A stretch of DNA of 63,989 nt, counting the filler, from Lama guanicoe (lineage: Eukaryota): the NCBI GenBank assembly GCA_013239625.1. It is 77 parts of 76 records of this genome, joined end to end, with 100 filler letters (N's around TTAATTAATTAA, not from the genome) between each part and the next. Parts side by side here need not be neighbours in the genome. Positions count along the whole stretch, not along the records: positions 1 to 848 come from PNXV01021230.1; positions 949 to 1,821 come from MU056511.1; positions 1,922 to 2,740 come from PNXV01021237.1; positions 2,841 to 3,253 come from MU056512.1; positions 3,354 to 3,811 come from PNXV01021248.1; positions 3,912 to 4,731 come from MU056515.1; positions 4,832 to 5,855 come from MU056516.1; positions 5,956 to 6,436 come from PNXV01021254.1; 69 more parts are not named here. One strand, 5' to 3'. The notes beneath the pieces are model-generated. The model was not told where the DNA came from. It did no database searches and saw nothing but the letters and a program-made list of their open reading frames with translations. The first letter of the stretch is position 1. The number at the start of each line of letters is the position of its first letter. Shown here piece by piece: positions 1 through 12,600 of this stretch. The position numbers and the translations under genes are program-made.

Positions 1-848
1 ATTCTCTATTCTGTATTCTATACTCTGTGTTCTACTTTCAATTTTCTAAGTCCTATATTCAGTATTCTGTGGTGTATATTTTAAATTCTGTGTTTTACAT
101 TCTATATTATAAATCCTATATTCGGCATTTTGTATTCAATATTCTAAATACTGTGTTCAGCATTCTATATTCTAAATTCTATATTCAGTATTCTGTATTC
201 TATATTCTAAATTCTATATTCAGTATTCTGTATTCTATATTCTAAATTCTATATTCAGTATTCTGTATTCTATATTCTAAATTCTATATTCAGTATTCTG
301 TATTCTATATTCTAAATTCTATATTCAGTATTCTGTATTCTATATTCTAAATTCTGTGTTCAGCATTTCATGTTCTAAATTCTGGCTCATATATTCTCTA
401 TTCTATATTCTATATTCTGTGTTCTGCATTCTATATTCAATATCCTACATTCAGTATTCAGTATTTATATTTGAAATTCTTTGTTCTACATTCCATGTTC
501 TAAATTCTGGCTCATATATTCTCTATTCTATATTCTATATTTTGCGTTTTTCATTCTATATTCTACAATCTATATTTTGCATTCTCTATTCTATATTCTA
601 TATTCTGTGTTCTACATTCAATATTCTAAGTTATTTATTCCACATTCTGTATTCTATATTAAATTCTGTGTTCTACATTCTATATTCTAAATTCTATATT
701 CAGTAATCTCTATACTATATTCTAAATTCTGTGTTCTGCATTACAAGTACAAAATTCTTGGTTCTATATTCTGTTTTCCATATTTTATATTCTGTGTTCC
801 AAATTTTATATTCTGTATTCTATATTCTGCATTCCGTATTCTACATTC
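1..848 (+). repeat. Heptamer-periodic AT-rich satellite (TATATTC/TAAATTC/TGTGTTC/AGTATTC words)
   Basis: TTC recurs every 7 bp. Five perfect 35-bp units lie at 166-340. Confidence 0.95.
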
Positions 849-948
849 NNNNNNNNNNNNNNNNNNNNNNNNNNNNNNNNNNNNNNNNNNNNTTAATTAA
901 TTAANNNNNNNNNNNNNNNNNNNNNNNNNNNNNNNNNNNNNNNNNNNN
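849..948. other. Artificial scaffold-joining linker N44-TTAATTAATTAA-N44 (first of about 76 copies across the window)
   Basis: The same palindromic 12-mer (893-904) sits between two 44-N runs and recurs every 0.3-1.5 kb. It has stops in all six frames, and the sequences on either side are unrelated. Confidence 0.98.
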
Positions 949-1821
949 GGATTCCGGAACAATTGTCAGTGCGTGGCGGAGCTCGACAGACACCCCCACG
1001 CAGCTGTCTTCAGTCACAGGTGTTCCCTGCTCGGGCAAGTCCGAGAAATACCTTCCCTGAACTTGGGGAGGCAGCCTCTGTCACTGGGATTTCCTGCAAA
1101 CCCCCCTAGCATTCCCTGGCACAGAGACATTAGGAAAACCCTCAGGGGAGACGAGCTTATGCATTCCGTTAGAACACACGCTCTGCCGACCGTTGGTGGA
1201 ACCTCACGNNNNNNNNNNNNNNNNNNNNNNNNNNNNNNNNNNNNNNNNNNNNNNNNNNNNNNNNNNNNNNNNNNNNNNNNNNNNNNNNNNNNNNNNNNNN
1301 NNNNNNNNNNNNNNNNNNNNNNNNNNNNNNNNNNNNNNNNNNNNNNNNNNNNNNNNNNNNNNNNNNNNNNNNNNNNNNNNNNNNNNNNNNNNNNNNNNNN
1401 NNNNNNNNNNNNNNNNNNNNNNNNNNNNNNNNNNNNNNNNNNNNNNNNNNNNNNNNNNNNNNNNNNNNNNNNNNNNNNNNNNNNNNNNNNNNNNNNNNNN
1501 NNNNNNNNNNNNNNNNNNNNNNNNNNNNNNNNNNNNNNNNNNNNNNNNNNNNNNNNNNNNNNNNNNNNNNNNNNNNNNNNNNNNNNNNNNNNNNNNNNNN
1601 NNNNNNNNNNNNNNNNNNNNNNNNNNNNNNNNNNNNNNNNNNNNNNNNNNNNNNNNNNNNNNNNNNNNNNNNNNNNNNNNNNNNNNNNNNNNNNNNNNNN
1701 NNNNNNNNNNNNNNNNNNNNNNNNGTCAGCCTCTTGGGATATCTGGCAAACCCCCCTAGAATTCCCTGGCACTGAGAGAGTATGAAAACCCTCAGGGGAG
1801 TCGAGCTTAGGCATTCCGTTA
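949..1821 (+). repeat. 267-bp GC-rich satellite, partial monomers around an internal gap
   Basis: Shares motifs (GGAAAACCCTCAGGGGAGAC, GCATTCCGTTAGAAC, CTTGGGGAGGCAGCC) with the arrays at 22683, 24053, 37194, 42788 and 55410. Confidence 0.92.
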
Positions 1822-2088
1822 NNNNNNNNNNNNNNNNNNNNNNNNNNNNNNNNNNNNNNNNNNNNTTAATTAATTAANNNNNNNNNNNNNNNNNNNNNNN
1901 NNNNNNNNNNNNNNNNNNNNNACCAGTTTTAGAACCAGGTCAAAACAGAGGCTATCTTTTAGGCACTTCATTTGCAGTACATTACACTCTTTAGTTAACT
2001 TCAAGTGTAAACGTATTTTCTCTAGCCTATATGAGAAGTGAATTAGCTCCATTTTTGCATTAGTAAAAGGGACAAAGGTCCCTTAAGG

Positions 2089-2317
2089 ATGTCCAAGCTC
2101 TGTGTAAATATGTCAGTGTTTAATAATAATTTCAATTACATTAGATAATGTACCCTATTGTTGAAAGTAAATAGTCTCTGTATTGCAAATAAGTGGAACG
2201 CTTTAGAATGTCCAAGCTCTGTGTAAATATGTCAGTGTTTAATAATAATTTCAATTACATTAGATAATGTACCCTATTGTTGAAAGTAAATAGTCTCTGT
2301 ATTGCAAATAAGTGGAA
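2089..2317. repeat. Exact 110-bp direct duplication with 9-bp spacer
   Basis: 2089-2198 is identical to 2208-2317. Confidence 0.9.
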
Positions 2318-3353
2318 GAGGGTCGTGGTTCCAGTGGCAGATTTGCTTGCGCGTTACGGAGAGGACAATTAATCACACTGTTATGTGTCTTCCCCCCATG
2401 CTGTTCCTGTTAGTGTAGCTCCATTCTCATCAGCTGCGGCTTCTATAATAAATGTTTCTTCTCTCTGGCTTGTATCCCACCCAGCGGCTTAGCGGCCTAA
2501 GTTAAGTGCTTCCCACACGTTGCATGTGGCTGGGTGGTTCTCCCAGTGGTCTGCTCAGTGGTCATCTTCTGAAAATACTAAGACCAATTCAAATTCTGAA
2601 CTAGGAGGATAACCTTTTTATGTTCCCCAAATGTTTCTAGCAAGTTGCCCCGTGTTTTGTTTATCTTCTTCAATAGTCCTACCTTACTGCTGTTCAGGGA
2701 GACAAGAGAATATTATTTAGCAGGATGTTGAGAAGTAGCTNNNNNNNNNNNNNNNNNNNNNNNNNNNNNNNNNNNNNNNNNNNNTTAATTAATTAANNNN
2801 NNNNNNNNNNNNNNNNNNNNNNNNNNNNNNNNNNNNNNNNCAGGGTATCTTCTGACTTTCCAGACAGATGGACACTCTTCCGTGTGACACCTGGCACACC
2901 TTACAGGAGAGGCCCTGCCTGTGTCTCCAGGTGTTGGCTTCTTTCAGCATATCTTTGGTTTGCCGTACAATTTGGGGGTGTTTTTCTACTCACACAGATT
3001 TTTATAAGATCAGTGTTAGCCTGGATAATCTGAGGGTTTCTGCCCTAACGTGATCTTCTTCCTTCTGCGGATGATTGTTGACTGTTGTCCAGTGTCGCCT
3101 CTCCCACGAAACAACACTTTTGACATAATTCCATGTGTGACCCTTTTGTCCTGGCCCACTGATGTAACGCCCCCCTTCACCTTTCTCATCCTGATGGGGA
3201 GGTACCGTATCCTGCCTTCTGTGACTTGCACATATTGTCCCTTCCCTTCCCTGNNNNNNNNNNNNNNNNNNNNNNNNNNNNNNNNNNNNNNNNNNNNTTA
3301 ATTAATTAANNNNNNNNNNNNNNNNNNNNNNNNNNNNNNNNNNNNNNNNNNNN

Positions 3354-3811
3354 TTTCAGTTTTTCATTCTTGCATATTATGTTGTCTGTGGGATTGTAAC
3401 TAATGACTTTAGGTATGTTGAGATATATTTCCTGAATCCTACTCATGTAAGAGGTTTCTGTTGTTGTTTCTGTTGTTGCTGTTTTTGTTGTTGTTGCTGT
3501 TGTTACTGTTTGAATGAACAAATGTTGAATTTTGTGAAATACTTTTTATGGATTTATTGGGATGACCACGTCATTTTCTCTTTTCCTTTTGTTAATGTGA
3601 TGTATCAAACAGATTGATTTGTGTATGTTGAAAATCTCTTGTGAGACCCTGCAATGAATCCAAGTTGACCATGGTGTATGTTTCATTTTAGGTATTGCTG
3701 AATATAGTTTGCTAATAATATTTTGTAGATTTTTTGCTTCTAAATCTATCAAATTTACTGGTTTGAAGTTCCCTTTGCCTCTACTTTGTTTGCTGACTTT
3801 GCTATCAGGGT
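3354..3811 (-). mobile_element. LINE-1 ORF2 (RT region) fragment, degenerate
   Basis: Minus-strand translation fragments FNIHKSICLIHHINKRK and YNPTDNII resemble L1 ORF2 (FNIRKSINVIHHINK, YDKPTANII). Confidence 0.85.
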
Positions 3812-5539
3812 NNNNNNNNNNNNNNNNNNNNNNNNNNNNNNNNNNNNNNNNNNNNTTAATTAATTAANNNNNNNNNNNNNNNNNNNNNNNNNNNNNNNNN
3901 NNNNNNNNNNNTGCTTTCATTGTCACTTCTTAGACATCTCTGGTAGTTGATGTCACTGTTTTCACTGGGACGGTGAACCCTTCCTTTTATGTGATATTCC
4001 TTGAGACTCAGTGTACACATTGAGGAAATGTGTAAAGACAGGTGGATATTTGGAATCAGGCAAGTGCCTTTGCTATGTCCAGTGTTGCAAGGTATCTTGT
4101 CTCCACCACTGTGAATGGGGAGTAGGGACACTGTCATGAATGTCTGAGTGTCTGAAGGATGGAATTTCTGTCTCCATTGTGGCTCCCTCCTAGTTACATG
4201 CGACCATGAGTACTGGTGCAGTTGGAGGCTGAAGCTGTGTGAACCACTGAGACCATTTCTACTGGGTTCTCTGAACTTGATGACTCATACAACCTAGTCA
4301 GGGGACCTTGGTTGCAGACACCAACTCTGCTCTCCCTTCAGTTCAGCCTCTTTTGTGTGTTTTAGTCAACTAAACATTACCTGTTCACATGCGTTCCAGG
4401 GTATTGTTTTGTGTTGTGTTTTTTTGTTGAGATGTGAACGTTTTATTGACTGTAGATGTAAGGGTAGAGACAAAAATTNNNNNNNNNNNNNNNNNNNNNN
4501 NNNNNNNNNNNNNNNNNNNNNNNNNNNNNNNNTTCTACTAAGGACATTATGAAAACAGTAAACAAAGTGAATAAATCACCTCCCTTAATATCAGAGTACT
4601 ACAAAATATTTTGATTTTCCTGGGTTTATTTTTTTAACGTTTTTCCCACCTACATGCACATTTTACTATAATATATCTCTATACTCTCTTTAAAATCTAT
4701 TAAATTATTAAAATATTTCTCTGTGCTGTAANNNNNNNNNNNNNNNNNNNNNNNNNNNNNNNNNNNNNNNNNNNNTTAATTAATTAANNNNNNNNNNNNN
4801 NNNNNNNNNNNNNNNNNNNNNNNNNNNNNNNCCATCAACCACCCAAAGCCCAAGGCCAGTGGCTGGCAGCCTGGGATCAATCTGACCCATCAGGTCAGTT
4901 GAGGCACACGGGTCAGATCAGGGTGCCAAAGTGGGAATTGGAACCACCTTCAGCCCAGCCTGCCTCACCCTGTAGCCTCAGATATTAACTATGAAGGTGC
5001 ACACTAGGCTGGGTCCCCCACTGGTGGCAGTAGTCATCATTACTGGAGCACGGATTTCCCCACCCCAACCACAGGGTGAGGGGTGAGTGAGTGAGCTCAG
5101 GGTAGGGGTGCACTCAGAGTGAAGGGGATCCCATGGTGTGCGGGGAAAGGTTGAGCGTTGTGGGGCCTGATAAGAGTGGAAATGACCTGGCTGAGAGGTG
5201 GGGTGGACAATTTCAGGATGTTGGGTGTCCTGTGCTGAGGCATGAGGGGTAAGCTTGTGGGTGTAGGGGCCATAGGTTAGTACCTAGCAGGATGGAGTGT
5301 CAGGGCAGGGACCTCGGTGTGAGGAGAAGGAGCCCTGTCTTCAAGGTCTGGTGGGAGACTNNNNNNNNNNNNNNNNNNNNNNNNNNNNNNNNNNNNNNNN
5401 NNNNNNNNNNNNNNNNNNNNNNNNNNNNNNNNNNNNNNNNNNNNNNNNNNNNNNNNNNNNNNNNNNNNNNNNNNNNNNNNNNNNNNNNNNNNNNNNNNNN
5501 NNNNNNNNNNNNNNNNNNNNNNNNNNNNNNNNNNNNNNN

Positions 5540-5855
5540 AGCAGGAGGGGCCCCACCTGGCTCCTCCCGGCCCCAGCGGCCAGGGCCGGTAAAGCAGGAG
5601 ACCCACCCGAGCAGTTTGCGCTGCTGGCGGGAGGAGGAGGGGCGCGCACGCGCAGACGGGCAGACGCGCGGACGCCGGAACCCGCCCAGAACGCGTGGAA
5701 GCAGGCGGCAGCCGGTTGCTCCTGGATCAGCTCCTAAGAGGGCGCTGGTGGGGGCGCGCTGCTCAGGAGCCTGCGGGTGACTCCTGGGCTGTGCAGGTGA
5801 GGAGGAGCCCAGGGAGGGGTGCGGAGTTGAGGTCCCGGCCGCGCGTCCCGTTAGG
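5540..5855. promoter_or_regulatory. CpG-island-like segment, possible promoter or first exon
   Basis: High GC with dense CpG, an NRF1-like GCGCACGCGCA near 5644 and an ETS core CCGGAA near 5675. No gene identified. Confidence 0.5.
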
Positions 5856-5955
5856 NNNNNNNNNNNNNNNNNNNNNNNNNNNNNNNNNNNNNNNNNNNNT
5901 TAATTAATTAANNNNNNNNNNNNNNNNNNNNNNNNNNNNNNNNNNNNNNNNNNNN

Positions 5956-6436
5956 TCAGTATTCTGGAATCTATATTCTAATATCTGTTTTCCGCATTCT
6001 ATTTAGTAAAGCCTCAATTCAGTATTGTGTGTTCTTTATACGAAATTCTGTGTTGTGCATTCCATGTTCTAAATTCTGGCTTCTACATACTCTATTCCAT
6101 ATTCTATATGTTGTGTTCTTCATTCTATATTCACCATTCAATATTCTGCATTCCGTATTCTATATTCTTTATACTGTGTTCTACATTCTATATTCTAAAT
6201 TATATCTTCAGTATTCTGTATTCTGTAATTTGAATTCTGTGTTCTGCATTCCATGTTCTAAATTCTGGGTTCAATATTCTTTATTCTCTATTCTATATTC
6301 TGAGTTCCTCATTCTTTATTAATTCTATATTCAGTATTCTGTATTTTATTTTCTTTATAATTTGTTCTGCATTCCCCGTTCTAAATTTATATTCAGTATT
6401 CTGTATTCTATATTCTAAAATCTGATTTCCGCATTC
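5956..6436 (+). repeat. Heptamer-periodic AT-rich satellite
   Basis: Same NNNNTTC word set as 1-848. Confidence 0.93.
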
Positions 6437-6819
6437 NNNNNNNNNNNNNNNNNNNNNNNNNNNNNNNNNNNNNNNNNNNNTTAATTAATTAANNNNNNNN
6501 NNNNNNNNNNNNNNNNNNNNNNNNNNNNNNNNNNNNGCAGTCACATGGCAAGCATGGATAGAAACAGAGCAGGAAGGGTTTCTAGGTTAACTCAATGGAC
6601 AAAATTTCTGTTATACGAACATATCTACTGCCCAGAAGACAAAGAATGCCAATCACGGTGCACTCTCCGTGGACAGTCGCCGAGACACGACTATGAGCAC
6701 CTGTGTAACTCTCCTTTCCCTGTCCTTTCTGGGCTAACTGATGCAGAGTGGTACTTAGATTCAGGGATGCCAATAACACTAAACACCCAAAGCCCATCTC
6801 TGGGAGCCTCAAAACAAGA

Positions 6820-7030
6820 CAACCAGGGTTTAAATACCAGCTCTGCCACTTACTAGTTCTGTGATTTTGCCAACTTACTTACCCTCTGTGTGCCTCAATT
6901 TCCACACTGTAAAACTGGGATAACAATCAAACCTTCCTTACTCGCTTGTTGAGAAGATTGAAGAATTCATTTCTGTAAAATTCTCAGAAAACAATGTAGC
7001 ACATTTTGGGTGTTCAACAAATGTCAACTT
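6820..7030 (+). mobile_element. MIR SINE
   Basis: CCAGCTCTGCCACTTACTAG...CCTCTGTGTGCCTCAATTTCC..CTGTAAAACTGGGATAACA matches the MIR core. Confidence 0.8.
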
Positions 7031-8233
7031 AATAGGAAAGTGATTTACAAGTCTCTCTTCTAATCATCTTATGTGTTTACTGGCTAGTCTAAGTCCTTAA
7101 GAAAATCCTTATTTCTCCTTTTATAAACTCTTGGGGAGTACACTTCTCTTCCATCCCATCACCTGGTTAAGCCGAGGGAGGGGATGCCTCCTAATCACTC
7201 CTCTGGGCCGTGGAGAGTGCTTCTCCCTTCACATCCCTGGCCCCTGGCCCACAGATAGACCTCATCACACGAACAGAGTGAGGTGTGAGTCCGGGGAGAC
7301 AAGCAAGGCATTTGAAACCCTTCCTTTCACTCCAGTGTTGATCACCATTGGGAAGNNNNNNNNNNNNNNNNNNNNNNNNNNNNNNNNNNNNNNNNNNNNT
7401 TAATTAATTAANNNNNNNNNNNNNNNNNNNNNNNNNNNNNNNNNNNNNNNNNNNNTCATTCTTCCTTCTCAGTAATCTGTAGGGAGAATGGGTAGCTTGC
7501 TATTGTCTTCCCACCTTGAATAGCTGAAGAGTCCAAATTCCTATCACTGGATGAAAGAGATAAACCTAAAGGTACTGTATAGCAGAGATTGACTGCCCCA
7601 TGATTAGTAACACAGAAGCTACCTTATAAATATGAATATATATATCCCACACCATTGTATAGTAAATAATCTTTGAAAACTTACAGGAATGGTGTAACTC
7701 TATGAAGAATTTTATATGTGTATGTATGGAGGTGAAAGGCAATATGCTTTTTTACCTTAATTCCATTCAGTCCATGTTTAGTCACTGTCCTAAAAGTGTG
7801 TGGTATGCTAGGCTCCGGAAAGCACACAGGTGAAGAAGACACAACCCTGATTTGAGTAACTTAAGAGTCCAAAAATGGAAATAAGACCTGTGTTAATACA
7901 GAGGAAAAAAGTAACCAAGTCACTATGTGGTTTTGATTGTGCTGATTTCGTAACAGGATCTCACTAGATTATCTCTGTAGTTACTTTTTAACGTTTACGT
8001 CTTGTGGTATCATGGTCATAGAAGCTGGAAAACTGTTTTATTAATCCTGCATGACTTAGAAAAAGTAGTAATTTCTTGTTCATTTTATGTGGCAAACATA
8101 AATATCAATATAAATATCAATCCCCAAAGCTGAAAAAAGTGAACAACAGCAAACAACAAAAAATTGTAGACCAATTTACATATGCCAACAGTCATGAAGA
8201 CTCTTAATAAAATAATATGCAAATATATAATAT

Positions 8234-8384
8234 ACAGGCATAGTCCAGACGTACCTTGGAGCTAACACAGTTGGTTCCAGACCACGACAATAAAGTGAAT
8301 GTTGCAATAAAGTGAGTCATAGACATTTTTTGGTTCCCAGTGGATATAATATAAGTTATGTTCACACGAACTATAGTCTACTAA
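8234..8384 (-). mobile_element. Tigger1 DNA transposon terminal fragment
   Basis: GGTTCCAGACCACGACAATAAAGTGAATGTTGCAATAAAGTGAGTCA...GGTTCCCAGTG..AAGTTATGTT matches the Tigger1 end as I recall it. Confidence 0.75.
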
Positions 8385-8484
8385 NNNNNNNNNNNNNNNN
8401 NNNNNNNNNNNNNNNNNNNNNNNNNNNNTTAATTAATTAANNNNNNNNNNNNNNNNNNNNNNNNNNNNNNNNNNNNNNNNNNNN

Positions 8485-9237
8485 CCTCAGCCAAAACTTC
8501 AGAGTCGTTCTTGTATGTTCCTTCTCCTTCACCCACTTCCAATCCAAAAGAGAATCTTGCCCATTCTCTCCTTAAACCAGATCCAGATTCCAACACCTAC
8601 TCACCACCTCCAACCCACCAGGGAATGTGCAGATTATCACAACAGCTTCCTCACTGGCCTTGCTGGTTCAACCCTTGTCTACTGTCAGCACAGCAGCCTC
8701 AGCACTTCTACTAATGCTTAAGTTAGATCAACATTTATCTGCTCAAAACCTAAAAGTGGCTCCACATCATTCAGAATCCCAGGTTCTTACTCTGGCCAAC
8801 AAGAGTGGCTTGACCCATGTATCTCACTTACTTCTCTGACCTCATCTCTTGCTGTATACTGTTTCATGAACTTGGGACAGTGTCTGGCAGAAGGCAGCTG
8901 TTAGACAATGGGTATCGGGCTCTGTTACCACTAGCCTTATTTCCATTACTGCTACTGTTACTCCCATCACTGTTTTGTCACCCACCACTTGCTCCCCTCC
9001 AGCCACACCACCTTTCTTGCTGCCCCCAAACACACAAAGTGGAGTTCTGCCTTTACACTCTGCATTTACTGTTCCCCTTGAGAAGAACACCCTTTTCCCC
9101 AGATATCATCCAGACCTTTCCAGGCTATCTGCAGGACTTCCTCACTCACCACCTTCAGCTCAAATACTCAGTACGTCCTTCTCTGACGACTCTATTTTAA
9201 AATTGCAACTGCTCCCTCTAACCATGACACCCCATCC
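8485..9237 (+). mobile_element. L2 LINE 3' region, degenerate and interrupted
   Basis: CACAGCAGCC...AAGTTAGATCA...CTGCTCAAAACC...TGGCTCCACATC and CTCTGACCTCATCTC are typical L2 motifs. Confidence 0.7.
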
Positions 9238-9435
9238 NNNNNNNNNNNNNNNNNNNNNNNNNNNNNNNNNNNNNNNNNNNNTTAATTAATTAANNNNNNN
9301 NNNNNNNNNNNNNNNNNNNNNNNNNNNNNNNNNNNNNAGTTACAGGGAGAGATGTGGGTGTGAGGGGGTGGGCTCTTCACACTCTGCCCCAGAACGTGAA
9401 ACAGTGCCTGGCAGATCAATGCTTGGGAGCCATGT

Positions 9436-9669
9436 TTGGACGGATGGACAGAGGATGGGTAGACGATGGATGGATAGATGGATGATGGATGGCTGGATGC
9501 TAAACGGATTATGGAAGGATCATGAATAATGGATAGATGGATGGATGGGGGATGATGGATAATCAATGTATGCATATAGGGAAGATGGATAGATGATGGA
9601 TGGATGGATGCTGAATGGATGATGGAGGGATGATGGATAATGGATGGATCATGGATGATGATGGATGGA
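9436..9669 (+). repeat. Degenerate (GGAT/GAT)n simple repeat
   Basis: Direct reading. It follows an L2-tail-like ACAGTGCCTGGCA. Confidence 0.9.
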
Positions 9670-10659
9670 AAGTCAGAAAGACAGTGATCTGAGAGATCAA
9701 AGAAGGCTTCACGAAAGGGGTGGAACTGAACTGTGTCTCAGCAGTTTGAGACAATGGAACAGGGAGCACCAGGAGTCAGGAATGACCTGGAGACCACAGG
9801 CCCAGGAAGGAAGCCACCTGGCTGGACTGTGAGAAAGTGTTATGCAGGAACACTCAGAGGCACTAAAATGAGGCCAGGAGTTTTTGGGCAGGTCCGAGCC
9901 AGGTCAGGACTCCCTGTGCCATACCACATATCCACCTACCGGCACGTGGTCCTCACATTTCGGACCCCCATGCCCTGGCACCTCCAGAGGGCACAGGTTC
10001 TCAGAGCTGCCACCCCATTTCCAGCGCAACTGGCCGGCTGACAAGCTCCATTGATTAGGCAAAACAGATTCATTGAAACTTTATGACTGAGGTGGGAAGC
10101 CCNNNNNNNNNNNNNNNNNNNNNNNNNNNNNNNNNNNNNNNNNNNNTTAATTAATTAANNNNNNNNNNNNNNNNNNNNNNNNNNNNNNNNNNNNNNNNNN
10201 NNAAAAAAATTATAAATTATTATATAATATTGAAGTTAAAAGGCAGAAACTCTGATAATAGTGATCAACAACATTAAAAGTATAACACTTCCACACTACC
10301 AAAACACTATCTAGGAGAAATTTTTTGTTTTATACTAAAACATAAAATCTTTCCTAAGTCAATAAAACATTTTGAACATGCCAATTAAATTGGATGAAAT
10401 ATATGAAAAAGCAATTCACAAAAATGTACCAATGGCAAAATACTTCACTATTAAGTAAATAAAGCAAATTATTGACATAAAATAAGATATAATTTTGCTT
10501 ATAAAAAGTTAGAAATATTTATAAATATCTATGTTCAGTAATGCTGTGGAATAGAACAACAAGAATACATAGGAAAGCATTTATTAAAAATATGAAAGAA
10601 TATTTGTGAATTTTTTCAAATTTTAAGAACATCAAAGGCCTAATTGGGTGCAGATTTAT

Positions 10660-11007
10660 GCTATATTTGGTGTTGGAAGGGTCAACTATTAATGGCTTCA
10701 ATGCAATTTCAATATAAAAATCCCAATGGCTTTTTTTCAACATGACAAGCTGAATTAAAATGTATGTGGAAACAAGACTTTTTTCACTTCATAAAAAAGA
10801 TTGAAAGACTTGTCCTATCAAGTCCTATCAGACATAAAAACTTATTATAAACTTACATAAATAAACACAAGTTTAGAAAAATTAATCAGTTGACAGTAAT
10901 AAATAAACCAGAACTAGAATCAGACATAAATGAAAACTCAATATGTGATAGGATGGATTATTCAATAAGTGGTGCTTAGACAATTGGCTATCTACACTGG
11001 AAAAAAA
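10660..11007 (+). mobile_element. Ancient L1 ORF2 fragment
   Basis: TTCAATGCAATTTCAAT..AAAATCCCAATGG, GACAAGCTGA..TAAAATGTATGTGGAA, ATTCAATAAGTGGTGC..GACAATTGGCTATC. Confidence 0.7.
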
Positions 11008-11309
11008 NNNNNNNNNNNNNNNNNNNNNNNNNNNNNNNNNNNNNNNNNNNNTTAATTAATTAANNNNNNNNNNNNNNNNNNNNNNNNNNNNNNNNNNNNN
11101 NNNNNNNTAGTTCTACATGTGCCGTGTGCAGACAGGGATGCTGATTCCTTTCAACCGGGGGCTCGTCTCACTGAAACAATGATCACCCTCTTCAGTGGTC
11201 ACCCTCTTCAATGCTGACTCTCAGAAAAATGTTTTCTCAGGATGAATCAATATCTTTTTCTTTACAACTTTCCATCATTGATAATGAGCTCCCCACAAAA
11301 GAGAGAAGA

Positions 11310-11450
11310 CTTAATCCTCAGTCTCCTTATCTGTAAAGTGCGAAGAACAAGGAACTATGAGAGTTTTTAAGAGAAATAATTTTCATGTGAGGCTGCGGGA
11401 CAATTCCCAACATACAGTAAGCACTCAATATGTGCTTTCTTAATATTAAT
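11310..11450 (+). mobile_element. MIR SINE fragment
   Basis: CCTCAGTCTCCTTATCTGTAAAGTG...CATACAGTAAGCACTCAATA. Confidence 0.65.
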
Positions 11451-12094
11451 AAAAATAGATTCCATTCTAGCAACCTTCAATCAATGCTTTATGGCTTTGT
11501 CCATAAGACCACCAACAAACTGTTGCGTGAACCGCTTTGATCAGATCAGCATAAGCGTACTGGGAGAGGTAAACGCTGACTCCATTTACAGCTGCAGCCA
11601 ACCAGCACTACGAGTTGGGGGCAGTTTGCACAAACTATTACATGTTGCTTGAGCATTTAGTTGTAGCTATTGAATAAAGACAGGTATTATTTAGTCAAAG
11701 CTCCTGAAACATAAATCTTCAAAGATTGATGCAAATTAGGTTTCAAGTACAACACACACACTAGAAATTATTTATCATTTGAAAATTTTACTCTTAGATC
11801 CTCTGCACATCAAAAGGGCATATTCTTAATGTATCTGACTAAATACACTGAAAGGATTATTTAAAAGTAATTAAGATGAACCATCCTGAATAACCTCAGT
11901 ATCATCTGCACAAAGCCCCACACAAGGTCTCATTTCTCACGTCCAAATAGGTGTTCAGGCAGCTTAACCTAGGTCTTGGTTTCTTATAACACAGNNNNNN
12001 NNNNNNNNNNNNNNNNNNNNNNNNNNNNNNNNNNNNNNTTAATTAATTAANNNNNNNNNNNNNNNNNNNNNNNNNNNNNNNNNNNNNNNNNNNN

Positions 12095-12600
12095 TTCTGA
12101 AAGAAGGACGTGACCAGAGACAGAGAGGAACATTATATATTGACGAGAAGATAAATTACTAAGAAGACATAACAATGCTATATGTGTATGCACCAGCTAA
12201 CGGAGCTGAAAATAAGTGAAAAAAAAATTTGATAGAACTAAAAAGAAAAACAGACAAATCTAGAGAGAGTTACAGTTGGAAACTTCAATACCCCGCTCTC
12301 CACAACTGGTGGAACAATTTACCAGAAAATCAGCAAGGGTATCACCACCAAGCAGGATGCTCTCACAGCCAGATACACAACACTCCCCCCAACCGCAGAA
12401 GAACACAACACACGTTTTTCTCAAGTGCCCACGGAATATATACCAAGTAAGCCCATATCTTGGGGCTTAAAATAAGCTTCAACAAATTTAATATAAAATA
12501 ATTAATATCATAAACAGTATGTTTTCTGACCACAATGAAATAAAATTATTAATAAACTACAGAATGACACAGGAACATTTCTAAATATTTGGCAACTAAA
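12095..12600 (+). mobile_element. Old L1 ORF2 endonuclease fragment
   Basis: Contains TFFSSAHGIYTK and FSDHNEIKL-like stretches, with stops and frameshifts. Confidence 0.85.

Noticed and set aside
27..706. Y/S/I/L/F-rich hydrophobic ORFs (also at 6027, 17879, 49325-50098, 54171-55207, 58634, 60522)
   Set aside because: These are translations of the heptamer satellite, not membrane proteins.
973..1814. Recurrent peptides such as PSIPWHRDIRKTLRGD in many ORFs, resembling a gene family
   Set aside because: These are translations of 267-bp satellite monomers (267 = 89 codons, so the frame repeats). Stops vary between copies and many ORFs run through N gaps.
3912..4340. Ser/Thr-rich, mucin-like composition on the minus strand
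   Set aside because: Stops break every frame, and I see no tandem unit or recognisable homolog.
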